Positions 26,738 through 36,050 are shown, numbered from the stretch's first letter. The stretch is DNA of 64,000 bases from an uncultured Phycisphaerales bacterium (GCA_963841305.1 CAWJBR010000001.1:7598-71597); one strand, 5' to 3'. Made by a program: numbers and translations. The notes: generated by a model from the letters alone, not told the origin.

Positions 26738-27730
26738 TCAACGTTTGCGAAATTGCAGGGGGGACATTCCTAAATACCGTTTGAATGTCCTGGAAAAATA
26801 ATATTGGTCCTCATACCCCACCTCCCGGGCGATGTCCTGCACCCGGCGGTCATTTTTGGTCAACAATTGGCAGGCTTTTTGGATCCGCATGCGGTTGAAG
26901 TAGTCCACGGGCGGACAACCAAAGTTGTCGCGGAAGGCATCGCCGAATCGGTTGGGGGACATGCAGGCCAATTGCGCCAGCTCCTCCAGGCGGATGGGAT
27001 TGCCAAGGTTCTGCCTCATGAACTCAATCACTCGTTCCAACCTCTCCCGGACCTGATGGGCCTGGGCACTGATGGACTGGGCGCCTTTCGCCAGCCCATA
27101 CAGCAAACCGATGCAGGACATGGAAGCGGTGATCAGATTTTCGCTGGTATGGCCGACCTGCATGGATGAATAAATCCGCTCGAATGCCGCCAGAACATCC
27201 ACCGCGTCGGGCAGGTGGATCAGCGGGGCATTGGGCTTGACGTTCAGGAAATCAAAGTAGTGGCCGGCCTGCGCCCCGGTGAAGTGGATCCAGTAGACGG
27301 ACCAGGGATCTTCGGCATCGGCGCCGTAGGCATGGGGCTGGCCGCGGGGGATCAGCAAAGCCGTTCCCGTCGGAACCACCCATCGGGTGTCCCTGATTTG
27401 CAGCCAACCCTTGCCCTCGGCGCAATAGTGAATGATGTGGTCCTGGCTTCCCTCGGGTTGGGGGAGGTAATGCCCGGCGGCTTTGTGATAATAGCCGATG
27501 CGGGTCACCAGCAGGTCGCGCAACAATGGCTGTTGCAAAGACTTGTGAACAACATCCGGGGGCAGAACGATCGACCGCGTTTCCGCGGAGCCGCCGCGGC
27601 TCATGGCGTTGCGGATGTCGCGGACATCGCCTGGGCTGAGGGCCTGGTAATCGTACCCGGCCGACTGCAGGACGTCCCGGATGGTTCTGCCCGATGGCGT
27701 GCGGATCAGATCAAAGGGTTCGGTGGCCAT
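26738..27730 (-). CDS. AraC-family transcriptional regulator (cupin plus HTH)
   Basis: C-terminal GYEDQYYFSRTFKRYLGMSPLQFRKR. Cupin-like region ALLIPRGQPHAYGA. Convergent with rhaM and divergent from the PEP-CTERM gene. Confidence 0.8.
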   Translation of the reverse strand: MATEPFDLIRTPSGRTIRDVLQSAGYDYQALSPGDVRDIRNAMSRGGSAETRSIVLPPDVVHKSLQQPLLRDLLVTRIGYYHKAAGHYLPQPEGSQDHIIHYCAEGKGWLQIRDTRWVVPTGTALLIPRGQPHAYGADAEDPWSVYWIHFTGAQAGHYFDFLNVKPNAPLIHLPDAVDVLAAFERIYSSMQVGHTSENLITASMSCIGLLYGLAKGAQSISAQAHQVRERLERVIEFMRQNLGNPIRLEELAQLACMSPNRFGDAFRDNFGCPPVDYFNRMRIQKACQLLTKNDRRVQDIAREVGYEDQYYFSRTFKRYLGMSPLQFRKR

Positions 27731-28043
27731 TCTACCTCTAGTGCCAAAGCCGACTTGCTTCCGGGAAACGATGGGGATATATTACAAATCCAATCGTTTC
27801 CTCTGCGGGAAAAGCCGAAAAGACCGGTGATGAATATACCGTCTGTGTCGGCTGGGGCAAGTTTGATGGCGGTGAGAAAGTCCATCAAAAAAAAATTATA
27901 GTCTATGGTCTCCCGCCTGAATCGGAATTACATTTCAACGTGAAAATGGCTTGGGTTTAGCCATAGGGTGTTTTTGGGCCTCAAGCCGGTTTTTGGGTCT
28001 ATCGGTCGGGAGTTCGTCAAACATTTCACTTTTCGGAGGAGCT

Positions 28044-31000
28044 ATGGTTCGCAAGTCAAGCAATCGGAAGAGCAACAAGCGGGGTCAACTGCTGCTGGCG
28101 ACGGCGGCGGCGGGCGTGGGGATTCTGGGCCTGTTCCAGTCGGTCCAGGCGGCATCCTCAACCTATACTTGGAGCAACAGCGGGACTGGGACATGGGACA
28201 CGACCGCCACCAACTGGCCCGGCGGCACTAACCCGTGGACCAGCGCCAACGGCTCATCCAGCATCGCTGACTTCAACACCGCCAGCGCTACCGCCACCGT
28301 CAGCGCAAACGTGTACACCAACGGTATTATCCTTGACAATACCGCCACCATCTCCGGCGGGACGATCAACTTCGTCGGCTCTGCGGCCACTATCGACGTC
28401 AAGAATGCCGCCAGTGGCAGCACGATCAGCAGTGACATAACAAACAGCTTAGTGAACTTGAAGATCACCAACTCAAGCAGCACGCCCAATTCGACGATCA
28501 ACATGGGCAACTTCGTCAATCCGACGACGGCGGGGGTTACCACCACGATTGACAGCGGCGTAACGGTTAAGATGGTATCGGGGAAAACATTCTCTAACGC
28601 GAGAGGGGGGCTCGTTCTCAACGGAACTCTGAACTTGAATTCATCCGCAGCTAACTCAATCGTATTCAATAGTGGGATACTTGCTGGCGGAACGGGTTCC
28701 ATCATTAACAGCGGTACCGCGCCTAGTAACGGCGCTTACAATGTTAAATTGGGTGGTTCAAGTACTTTTGGTGGTACCATTGGAGAAAATGTCACGCTCA
28801 ATTTAAATAGCTGTTATTTTGATTTTTCAGGGGACAATCAGTCCACCAAAATGTGGCAGTTGCTTGGAACCTTTCGTATTTCCAATGCCAACGCATGGAA
28901 GACGACGTCAAAAGGCACATTTCGGGGGGCGGGAGGCACGCTTGAGTTGGCTTCCGCTGATTTGCGAATAAACAGTACTAATTTCGCGTTATCGGACGGA
29001 GGGACTTCAGTTACTAGTGTCGGTTTTGCCGCCCTTAATGGGGATCGTACAGTAACGTGGACGGGGACCAGTACGGCCTCTGACGCGCCGGCGGCTACAT
29101 TCACTTGGGGGAATGGAATTTCCGTTACTTTATTCGACAAACTGGTTTTGGGGAATGCCAACGCCACTAACAAGATCATCTGGGCCAGCCCTATTGATTT
29201 GGGAGGAACGACTAACACTACCCGCCAGATATCTGTTGTTGATAACGCTAACGGGGCGGGCGGGGAAATCAGCGGTGCCATCAGCGATAGCAATGCTACC
29301 AAGCGAACGTTGGAAAAGGTAGGTACGGGAACGCTGATCCTCAGCGGAAACAACACTTATCAGGGCCCGACTAAGATCACCACCGGCACGCTGGTGGCCG
29401 ACCATGCCAACGCATTAGGCAATGGAGGAACCATCACCTTCAGCGGCGGTACGCTTCAGTACACCGCCAACAGCGCCGGGCAGGACTGGGCCAGCCGTAT
29501 CAAGAACAGCGGCTCGGCCATCGTCCTCGACACCCAGGCCAATGCCGTCACCCTCGGCGCCTTGGATAGCACCAACACCGCCGGCCTGACCAAGCTGGGC
29601 ACCGGCCGCTTGAACTTGACCGGAACCAACGGGTATACCGGCACAACCACCGTCTCCGCCGGCACCCTCAGCGTCAACGGCTCCCTGGCCAGCGCCAACG
29701 TCTACGTCAACAACTCCGGCACCCTCGGCGGCACCGGCACCCTCAGCGGCGCCGTCAGCGTCGCCTCCGGCGGTCACCTCGCCCCCGGCAACTCCATCGG
29801 CACCCAAACCCAGGCCAGCCTCACCCTCGCCAGCGGCTCGATCCTCGACTTCCAGTTCGGCACCGCCGGCACCCTGGCCAGCCCCGGCAACAGCGACCGC
29901 ATCGCCGTCACCGGCGCCCTGACGTTGCCCACCAACGCCAGCGGCATCACCCTCAATGTCATCGACAACCTCAACGACGCCGGCAAAGGCAACATCGACA
30001 AGGGCGTCTACAGCCTCTTCACCTACGGCAGCCTCGTCGGCGGCAACAGTGACTTCAACAAAACCTTCGCCATCGGCACCACCCCCACCAACTTCGGCAC
30101 CACCGCCGAAACCGGCAACAAGAAGTACGTCTTCACCAACACCGGCTTGAACGGCGGCACGATCTTCCTGACCATCAGCGACAACTCCTCCCTCGCCGCC
30201 ACCACCTACACCCTGGCCGCCAGCGCCGACAAGAGCCGCATCCTCACCGGCCAGACCGCCACCGTCACCGCCGCCATCAACAACACCGGCACCTTGGGCA
30301 CCAACGACGCCCTGAACTACTCCGGCCTGAACCTCAGCGGCGGCGGCGGCTCCTTCAGCGGCGCCGGCCTGCCCAAGTCCAACGGCTCCCTGGGCGGCGG
30401 CTCCAACGACTCCGGCTCCCTGACCTTCACCGGCGGCTCCATCGGTCTGCAAACCATCAACGCCACCGTCGCCTCGGCTACCAACGCCACCCTGGGCGGC
30501 AACGCCACCAAGACCGGCGACACCGCCGTGCAGATTGCCGTGCTGGACAAGCGGCAGATCAGCGCCCAGGACGTGGTTCTGGGTCGGGTGATGGCCGGAC
30601 GCAACCTCAACACCCTGGCGGCCCAGAGCGTGACGCTGAACAGCCAGGCCGGCGACCACAACAGCCTGACGGACGTACAGGTGAACAACGGCCACGGCGG
30701 GTCGGTGACCTTCACCGATGCCACCGCCAGCAAGAGCCTCTCGGGCGTCACCGGCCAGAACGCCACCGTCGCCACCAGCGGCACCTTCGCCAGCCTGAAC
30801 GTGAACACTCTGGAAAGCGGCCTGGGCGACACCTACAACAACGTCGCCGTCGGCTATACCGCCTCGGTCTTCAACCCCATCGAGATGATCGCCAACAACA
30901 GCACCGGCGGGTACAACGCCTTCAACAGCGGCAGCAACACGGTGCAGGTCAGCGGCTCCAACGGCAACTACGTTTTCGCCACCGCCACCCACACCGGCGG

Positions 31001-31439
31001 AACCAACCAGGCGTACGTCAACGTGCAGACGCCAAGCGACTTTACCGCCCCCGAATATGTGCTGCTGGCCTTGAACGGGGTGTCGGGCCTGAGCCAGACC
31101 CTCGCGGTGGATGTGGCCAACGCCATCAACGCCGCGGGCCTCAGCGGCGTCCACGCCACCTACAACGGCGAAGACCTGGCGACCAACAAGATGCTGGCCG
31201 ACTGGTCCGGCTACAGCGCCTACAAAGGCACGGACATCGGCGACTTCGACGTGCTGGTGAAGTTCGACAGCTACAGCGCCGCCAACGGCGTCCTGGCCTT
31301 CGACTTCAGCCAGATCGACGGCGGAGCCGCCTCCGTCTCGGCCATCGGCGTGGTGCCGGAACCCACGAGCCTGGGCCTGATGGCCCTGCCGGCCCTGGGC
31401 CTGCTGGCCCGCCGCCGCCGGGCGATGAAGAAAGCCTGA
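28044..31439 (+). CDS. Large secreted surface protein with autotransporter-associated beta-strand (PATR) repeats and a C-terminal PEP-CTERM sorting signal
   Basis: Start at ATG 28044 with SD GGAGGA. Signal peptide MVRKSSNRKSNKRGQLLLATAAAGVGILGLFQSVQA. PATR-like units: KVGTGTLILSGNNTYQGPTKITTGTL and TKLGTGRLNLTGTNGYTGTTTVSAGTL. C-terminus VVPEPTSLGLMALPALGLLARRRR. Confidence 0.85.
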   Translation: MVRKSSNRKSNKRGQLLLATAAAGVGILGLFQSVQAASSTYTWSNSGTGTWDTTATNWPGGTNPWTSANGSSSIADFNTASATATVSANVYTNGIILDNTATISGGTINFVGSAATIDVKNAASGSTISSDITNSLVNLKITNSSSTPNSTINMGNFVNPTTAGVTTTIDSGVTVKMVSGKTFSNARGGLVLNGTLNLNSSAANSIVFNSGILAGGTGSIINSGTAPSNGAYNVKLGGSSTFGGTIGENVTLNLNSCYFDFSGDNQSTKMWQLLGTFRISNANAWKTTSKGTFRGAGGTLELASADLRINSTNFALSDGGTSVTSVGFAALNGDRTVTWTGTSTASDAPAATFTWGNGISVTLFDKLVLGNANATNKIIWASPIDLGGTTNTTRQISVVDNANGAGGEISGAISDSNATKRTLEKVGTGTLILSGNNTYQGPTKITTGTLVADHANALGNGGTITFSGGTLQYTANSAGQDWASRIKNSGSAIVLDTQANAVTLGALDSTNTAGLTKLGTGRLNLTGTNGYTGTTTVSAGTLSVNGSLASANVYVNNSGTLGGTGTLSGAVSVASGGHLAPGNSIGTQTQASLTLASGSILDFQFGTAGTLASPGNSDRIAVTGALTLPTNASGITLNVIDNLNDAGKGNIDKGVYSLFTYGSLVGGNSDFNKTFAIGTTPTNFGTTAETGNKKYVFTNTGLNGGTIFLTISDNSSLAATTYTLAASADKSRILTGQTATVTAAINNTGTLGTNDALNYSGLNLSGGGGSFSGAGLPKSNGSLGGGSNDSGSLTFTGGSIGLQTINATVASATNATLGGNATKTGDTAVQIAVLDKRQISAQDVVLGRVMAGRNLNTLAAQSVTLNSQAGDHNSLTDVQVNNGHGGSVTFTDATASKSLSGVTGQNATVATSGTFASLNVNTLESGLGDTYNNVAVGYTASVFNPIEMIANNSTGGYNAFNSGSNTVQVSGSNGNYVFATATHTGGTNQAYVNVQTPSDFTAPEYVLLALNGVSGLSQTLAVDVANAINAAGLSGVHATYNGEDLATNKMLADWSGYSAYKGTDIGDFDVLVKFDSYSAANGVLAFDFSQIDGGAASVSAIGVVPEPTSLGLMALPALGLLARRRRAMKKA

Positions 31440-31448
31440 TGAGATTGG

Positions 31449-31476
31449 CAATTTGCAATTGCCGATTTGCAATTGA
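31449..31476. repeat. Degenerate heptamer array (CAATTTG CAATTGC CGATTTG CAATTGA)
   Basis: Read directly. It overlaps a small hairpin, GGCAAT-TTGCA-ATTGCC (31446..31462), just after the PEP-CTERM stop. Confidence 0.7.
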
Positions 31477-31503
31477 AAACCAGGAACGTCTCCTGTCTTC
31501 CAA

Positions 31504-31524
31504 TTGCAAATTGCAAATTGCAAA
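31504..31524. repeat. Three perfect TTGCAAA heptamers
   Basis: Read directly. With its flanks (CTTCCAA...TC(T)CCC) it is a near-copy of 31898..31937, which carries four units. Confidence 0.9.
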
Positions 31525-31776
31525 TCTCCCCCGATTCCATAGCGGTCCGTCGGGACGCCCTCCCCCGGCGGACAAGCCTCCGACCCCCGGTCAGGATGCC
31601 CTCCCCTGGCCGGGGGTTTATCGCCGCAGGAGCGGCGATAGAGCGGTAGAGCAGGAGAACAGCAGAGCAGGAGAGGCGGGGAAACTCACCTGACCATTGG
31701 ACGCTCCACCGCGGTCTACTGCTCTCCTGATCTCCTGTTCTTCTTGGCGACGGGCGGAAAGACGGAAAGGGGAGGG

Positions 31777-31813
31777 AACATCGAACATTCAACATCGAAC
31801 ATTGAACATCGAA
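31777..31813. repeat. About five AACATYS heptamers (AACATCG AACATTC AACATCG AACATTG AACATCG AA)
   Basis: Read directly. Confidence 0.9.
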
Positions 31814-31826
31814 GGGAAAGCCACGA

Positions 31827-31889
31827 ACCACTGACCACTGACCACTGCCAACTAATGACCAATGACTAATGACCAATGACCAAGGACCA
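31827..31889. repeat. Nine-unit heptamer array (three ACCACTG, CCAACTA, ATGACCA, ATGACTA, two ATGACCA, AGGACCA)
   Basis: Read directly. It ends 5 nt before ATG 31895. The last variant unit, AGGACCA, provides the AAGGA Shine-Dalgarno. Confidence 0.9.
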
Positions 31890-31894
31890 ATCCC

Positions 31895-32638
31895 ATGCCT
31901 TCCAATTGCAAATCGCAAATTGCAAATTGCAAATCCCCAGCCGGTTTCACCCTCTCCGAGCTGCTGGTGGTGATCGCCATCATCGCGGTGCTGATGTCGC
32001 TGCTGCTGCCGGCGGTGAACAATGTCCGGCAGGCGGCTTGGAGCGTAACCTGCATGAGCAACTTGAGGCAGATTGGCCTCGCTGCCACGAGCTATAGTAC
32101 CAACTCGAAAGGGATTATTTTACCCTGTTATGTGATGAGGGTGATAAACGGTAATAATACCATATTTGATTGGTTTGGATTATTGGCGGAAACTGGTTTT
32201 TTGGGTCCAACTCAGAGTTCTAATAAATCGCCGATTGCCCGTTGTCCTGCGTTGCGCGACGATACGTTCTTCCCTTACGGGATCAACGGGGCGACAACCA
32301 ACAGCAAGGCATATGTTAGCGTCCCCGTACAAACTGGATTTCGGCAACCATATAGGATATTGCAATGCCGTCAACCGGCAGACACGGTACTTGTCTGTGA
32401 CATCCAAGGGACGACCTCGACCGGGCTGATGACAAGCGGCTATATGCCCAATATTCTCGGACGGCACGGGAATTCGGGTTCCAATCAACTCACAACCGGG
32501 TCGGTGAATGTGCTGTTTCTGGATGGGCATGTGGAAACCGTGTTCCGGCAAATGATTCCTCCTTCAGGTTATATTACGGATCCTTTGAATATGAATAAGG
32601 CAATGTATCCCTGGCCGATTTGGACCTTTAATCCGTGA
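31895..32638 (+). CDS. Prepilin-type N-terminal cleavage/methylation domain protein, DUF1559 family (type II pseudopilin-like)
   Basis: Leader [17 protein letters not shown] followed by [25 protein letters not shown]-terminal [12 protein letters not shown] (DUF1559 H-X9-DG region). Confidence 0.85.
   Translation: MPSNCKSQIANCKSPAGFTLSELLVVIAIIAVLMSLLLPAVNNVRQAAWSVTCMSNLRQIGLAATSYSTNSKGIILPCYVMRVINGNNTIFDWFGLLAETGFLGPTQSSNKSPIARCPALRDDTFFPYGINGATTNSKAYVSVPVQTGFRQPYRILQCRQPADTVLVCDIQGTTSTGLMTSGYMPNILGRHGNSGSNQLTTGSVNVLFLDGHVETVFRQMIPPSGYITDPLNMNKAMYPWPIWTFNP
31906..31933. repeat. Four-unit heptamer array (TTGCAAA TCGCAAA TTGCAAA TTGCAAA) within codons 4-13 of the pseudopilin leader peptide
   Basis: Read directly. 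Confidence 0.9.
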
Positions 32639-32709
32639 GGAATGCTCGACGGGGGAAAGCATTGGCGACGCATGGCTTGGGATGTTGAAGAAGGGAAGAA
32701 AGAAGGAAC

Positions 32710-35700
32710 GTGATGCGCGGAATCCTGTTTTTAGTTGTGCTTTTTGGCCCAGGCGGGGTATGGGGGCTGGCCAGCCACGCAGCGGAAAGTAACAAACCAT
32801 TGGTATTGAGCACCGCTGCGACCGAGGCGCCGGAGCGGCTGACGGGGGCGATTGAGGATTCGAATTCCGCGCAAGGGAAAGGTTCCAAGACCAATCCGGG
32901 TTCCGCCACCGTCCCGGCAGACGTGCCGGACGGTAAGCTGTTTTCGCGTCCGGTGATCGTGCCGCTGCCGGCGGCGACGGCGGGGGTGGTCAGTCCGGTC
33001 ATCAGCCTCGACGGCACTTGGAAGTTCACGCTCAAGCCGCCGGCGGAGTTCTGGTCCAACGGCGTCGATCCGGCCAAGTGGTCCGACATCGCCGTGCCGG
33101 GGGAGGCGGTCATGCAGGGCTTTGATGTGCAGGGCTACGACCAGGAGTATTCCTACAAGCGCACCGTCGCCATCCCGGCCGACTTCAGCGGCAAGCGGGT
33201 CTTCCTGCGCTTCGACGGTGTGTACACCTACGCTCGGGTCTGGGTCAACGGCCAGTTCGTCCGCGACCACCACGGCGGCTTCACGTCCTGGAACTGCGAG
33301 ATCACCGATCGGGTGACGCCGGGGCAGACTGCCTGGCTGACTGTGGGGGTGAGTGACGCGAAGCTGGATGAGTACATCCAGAACATGAGCAGCTATGCGC
33401 GGCATTCTCTGCTTGGGATCACCCGGAGTGTGAGGCTCTTCGCCGCGCCGGCGGATCACGCCACACGCTTCCATGTGGAGGCCGACTTCGATGCCTCTTA
33501 CGTCAACGCGACGCTGAAGGCCACCTGTGCCATGGCCTTCCACAAGGCCGGCAGCGCCACGGTCCTGTTGACGCTGAAAGATCCGCGGGGGGGTGTTGTG
33601 GCGTTGAATCCCGCATCCCTGACTCTTTCGCAGGAGAAGCCTGAGGCAACATTGTGTGCGCCGGTGGCATCCCCGCTGAAATGGGACGCCGAGCACCCCA
33701 ACCTCTACACGCTGGAGGCCAGCGTGATCGTCGATGGCGCGGTGGTGCAGGCGCTTTCCAAAAAAGTGGGCTTCCGCAAGGTGGAATTGAAGGATTGCAA
33801 GCTCCTGGTCAACGGCGTCAACACCAAGCTCCGCGGCGTGGCCATGCATGATGCCCATGCCCTGGCCGGGCGGGCGGTTTCGCCGGAGATGACGGCCAGT
33901 GCGATTCGGATGTTCAAGCAGGCGAACGTGAATTACCTGAGGATGTCGCACTACCCCCGGGCCGATGAATTTTATGACCTGTGCGACGAAATCGGCATGT
34001 ACGTGGAGGACGACGCGGCGCTGGTGCATGACGGCTTTGATCTTCGCTCCAAGTCGCCGGATTCCATCGCCCTGGGCACGTGGGCCGAACAGGTCGAGTC
34101 GCACCGGAGCCATCCGTCCATCATCCTCTGGGCCTTGGGCAACGAAACCCCGGTCGGCACCAGGATTCCCAAGATGCGCGATTACCTGGCGCGGGAGGAT
34201 TCCAGCCGGATATTGGTATGGCCGTCCTACAACAAATCCCCCAACCCGACCATCATCCACGACCAGCATTATCCGGGGGCGACGGGCAACTTCGGCGGCC
34301 GGTCTTTCGCCACCATCTACAACGAGTTTGCCCATGTGACGGACTACTGCGTCTTCACGATCAAACGCGACCCCAACATCCGCAACTACTGGGGTGTGGG
34401 CATGAAGATGTTCTGGGAAGGAATGTATCCGGCGGAGGGCTGTCTGGGGGGGGCCATCTGGAGCGCGATCGACGACGTCTTTTACTATCCGCCTCCCCGG
34501 TCGCTGCAGGAAATGACGGCCAAGCAGAGCCAAGGCGGGGAGTGGGGGATCATCGACGGCTGGCGTCGGGCCAAGCCCGAATACTGGTTGGTCAAGAAGG
34601 CTTTTTCTCCCGTGCGGATCAAGGACGAGCCTTTGGCGCGTCCGGCCGACGGCCGCCCCTTATCTGTTGCGGTGAGCAACTGGTTCAATCACGCCAACTT
34701 GAACGAGGTGAGCATCCGCTGGGCCGTGGGCCAGGAGTCCGGGACGCTCCCGGGGCCGGATGTCGCCCCCGGCGGCAGCGGAACTTTCATGATCCCGGCG
34801 CGTGCGTGGCGGGCTGGGGAGATACTTAACCTGAAATTCGACTGGCCGGGGATGATGATTGACGAATACAACCTGCCCGTCGGCGGCAGCATCAAGAAGG
34901 TGTTCCCCGCCGCCTCCGGGCCGGCCCCCAAGGTCACGGAAGATACTGCTTCGATCACCGTCACCGGCAAGGGCTTCGCGGTAGTCTTCAACAAGGCCAC
35001 AGGCACGATCACCAAAGCCACCTACGGCGGGACAAACCTGATCGAAGGCGGACCGGAACTGAACCTGGCTCCCGTGGTGCTCTCCGGCTGGTCCTTGTCG
35101 AGCCTCAGCCATGCCACGACCCCAACCCAGGCGGTGATCACTCTCGCCGGGCGCTATGAAAAGGTGGAGATCGAAGGCTGGAAGGACAAAATCCCCATCC
35201 CCGGTCAAAAAAGCGTCTATTACCAGAAGCCGAGCGGGCCGGTGGGGGTGGTCTTCGTGGTGAAGATTGACGGCCAAGGGCTGATCACGACGGAGTTCAC
35301 CGTGACCAATCCGCCATTGCCCAACGCCAGCCAGTACGGCAACACGGGGTATGACGAGGTGGGGGTGACGTACCTGCTGCCGTCCGGGATCGACCGGATC
35401 CACTGGGAACGTAAGGGGCTGTGGTCGGCGTATCCGGCCGATCACATCGGCCGCAACCGGGGCACGGCCACGCGATCCGGGCAGGTGCCGGTGTATCGGC
35501 AGGAGCCGAGTTGGCCGTGGTCGCAGGACGAGAAGACCTTCTACTACTTCGGGGCCGAGGATAAAGGCGGGCGGGGCAGCAACGATTTCCGCAGCACCAA
35601 GGAGAACGTCTGGTTCTACTCGGCGCAACTGGCTGGATCAAACAAGCGGGTGCGGGTGGAATCGGACGCCACGGCGGCGGTGCGTTCGCAGGTGGCGGCC

Positions 35701-35883
35701 GACGGGAGGATCGAGCTGCGGATCAACACGGTCCTGGGCTATCCGTCGCTGCAATGGGGCAACTACTGCCCGATAGTGAAGATTCCTTCGGGGTATGCCG
35801 CCGGCGCCAACCTGCGGCTGACGGACAACGACGCGTGCGATTCCGTTGTGGAAGCGGTGTGTGAAAAAGGGAACGGACGATGA
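32710..35883 (+). CDS. GH2-family glycoside hydrolase (beta-galactosidase-like) with extended C-terminal domains
   Basis: GTG 32710 / ATG 32713 and a signal peptide. Motifs LDGTWKF, ARVWVNGQFVRDHHGGFTSWNCEITD, NYLRMSHYPRADEFYDLCDEIGMYVEDD, SIILWALGNE. Confidence 0.8.
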   Translation: MMRGILFLVVLFGPGGVWGLASHAAESNKPLVLSTAATEAPERLTGAIEDSNSAQGKGSKTNPGSATVPADVPDGKLFSRPVIVPLPAATAGVVSPVISLDGTWKFTLKPPAEFWSNGVDPAKWSDIAVPGEAVMQGFDVQGYDQEYSYKRTVAIPADFSGKRVFLRFDGVYTYARVWVNGQFVRDHHGGFTSWNCEITDRVTPGQTAWLTVGVSDAKLDEYIQNMSSYARHSLLGITRSVRLFAAPADHATRFHVEADFDASYVNATLKATCAMAFHKAGSATVLLTLKDPRGGVVALNPASLTLSQEKPEATLCAPVASPLKWDAEHPNLYTLEASVIVDGAVVQALSKKVGFRKVELKDCKLLVNGVNTKLRGVAMHDAHALAGRAVSPEMTASAIRMFKQANVNYLRMSHYPRADEFYDLCDEIGMYVEDDAALVHDGFDLRSKSPDSIALGTWAEQVESHRSHPSIILWALGNETPVGTRIPKMRDYLAREDSSRILVWPSYNKSPNPTIIHDQHYPGATGNFGGRSFATIYNEFAHVTDYCVFTIKRDPNIRNYWGVGMKMFWEGMYPAEGCLGGAIWSAIDDVFYYPPPRSLQEMTAKQSQGGEWGIIDGWRRAKPEYWLVKKAFSPVRIKDEPLARPADGRPLSVAVSNWFNHANLNEVSIRWAVGQESGTLPGPDVAPGGSGTFMIPARAWRAGEILNLKFDWPGMMIDEYNLPVGGSIKKVFPAASGPAPKVTEDTASITVTGKGFAVVFNKATGTITKATYGGTNLIEGGPELNLAPVVLSGWSLSSLSHATTPTQAVITLAGRYEKVEIEGWKDKIPIPGQKSVYYQKPSGPVGVVFVVKIDGQGLITTEFTVTNPPLPNASQYGNTGYDEVGVTYLLPSGIDRIHWERKGLWSAYPADHIGRNRGTATRSGQVPVYRQEPSWPWSQDEKTFYYFGAEDKGGRGSNDFRSTKENVWFYSAQLAGSNKRVRVESDATAAVRSQVAADGRIELRINTVLGYPSLQWGNYCPIVKIPSGYAAGANLRLTDNDACDSVVEAVCEKGNGR

Positions 35884-36050
35884 ATGCCAAAGTGTTGGAC
35901 ATTCTGGAGAAGAACATCTTTGGAATGTGCGACATTCTCAAGCTTTCCCGTTCCTGTCCAAAATTTCAGGACAACAAGACGCGGCGGAAATTCCCGCTGC
36001 GGATTCAGGTGTGATTCGTGAGACCTCAATTGTGTAAGGAGTAAAGGACG

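Noticed and set aside
29415-31523. 702-aa minus-strand ORF
   Set aside because: It is antisense to the GC-rich half of the PEP-CTERM gene. It is a monotonous G/A/V/D composition, and it runs into the intergenic heptamer repeats.
31440-31940. CRISPR array
   Set aside because: The repeats are contiguous 7-nt units with no spacers, and several unrelated unit families are present. This is not CRISPR architecture, and there are no cas genes.
32731-34533. 600-aa minus-strand ORF
   Set aside because: It is antisense to the GH2 gene at 32710..35883, which has unambiguous GH2 motifs in the + frame.
35884-36050. Interleaved inverted repeats (CCAAAG..ACATTC..CTTTGG..GAATGT) as a pseudoknot or riboswitch
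   Set aside because: The stems are only 6 bp, with no supporting second copy or conservation in the window. They could easily arise by chance.
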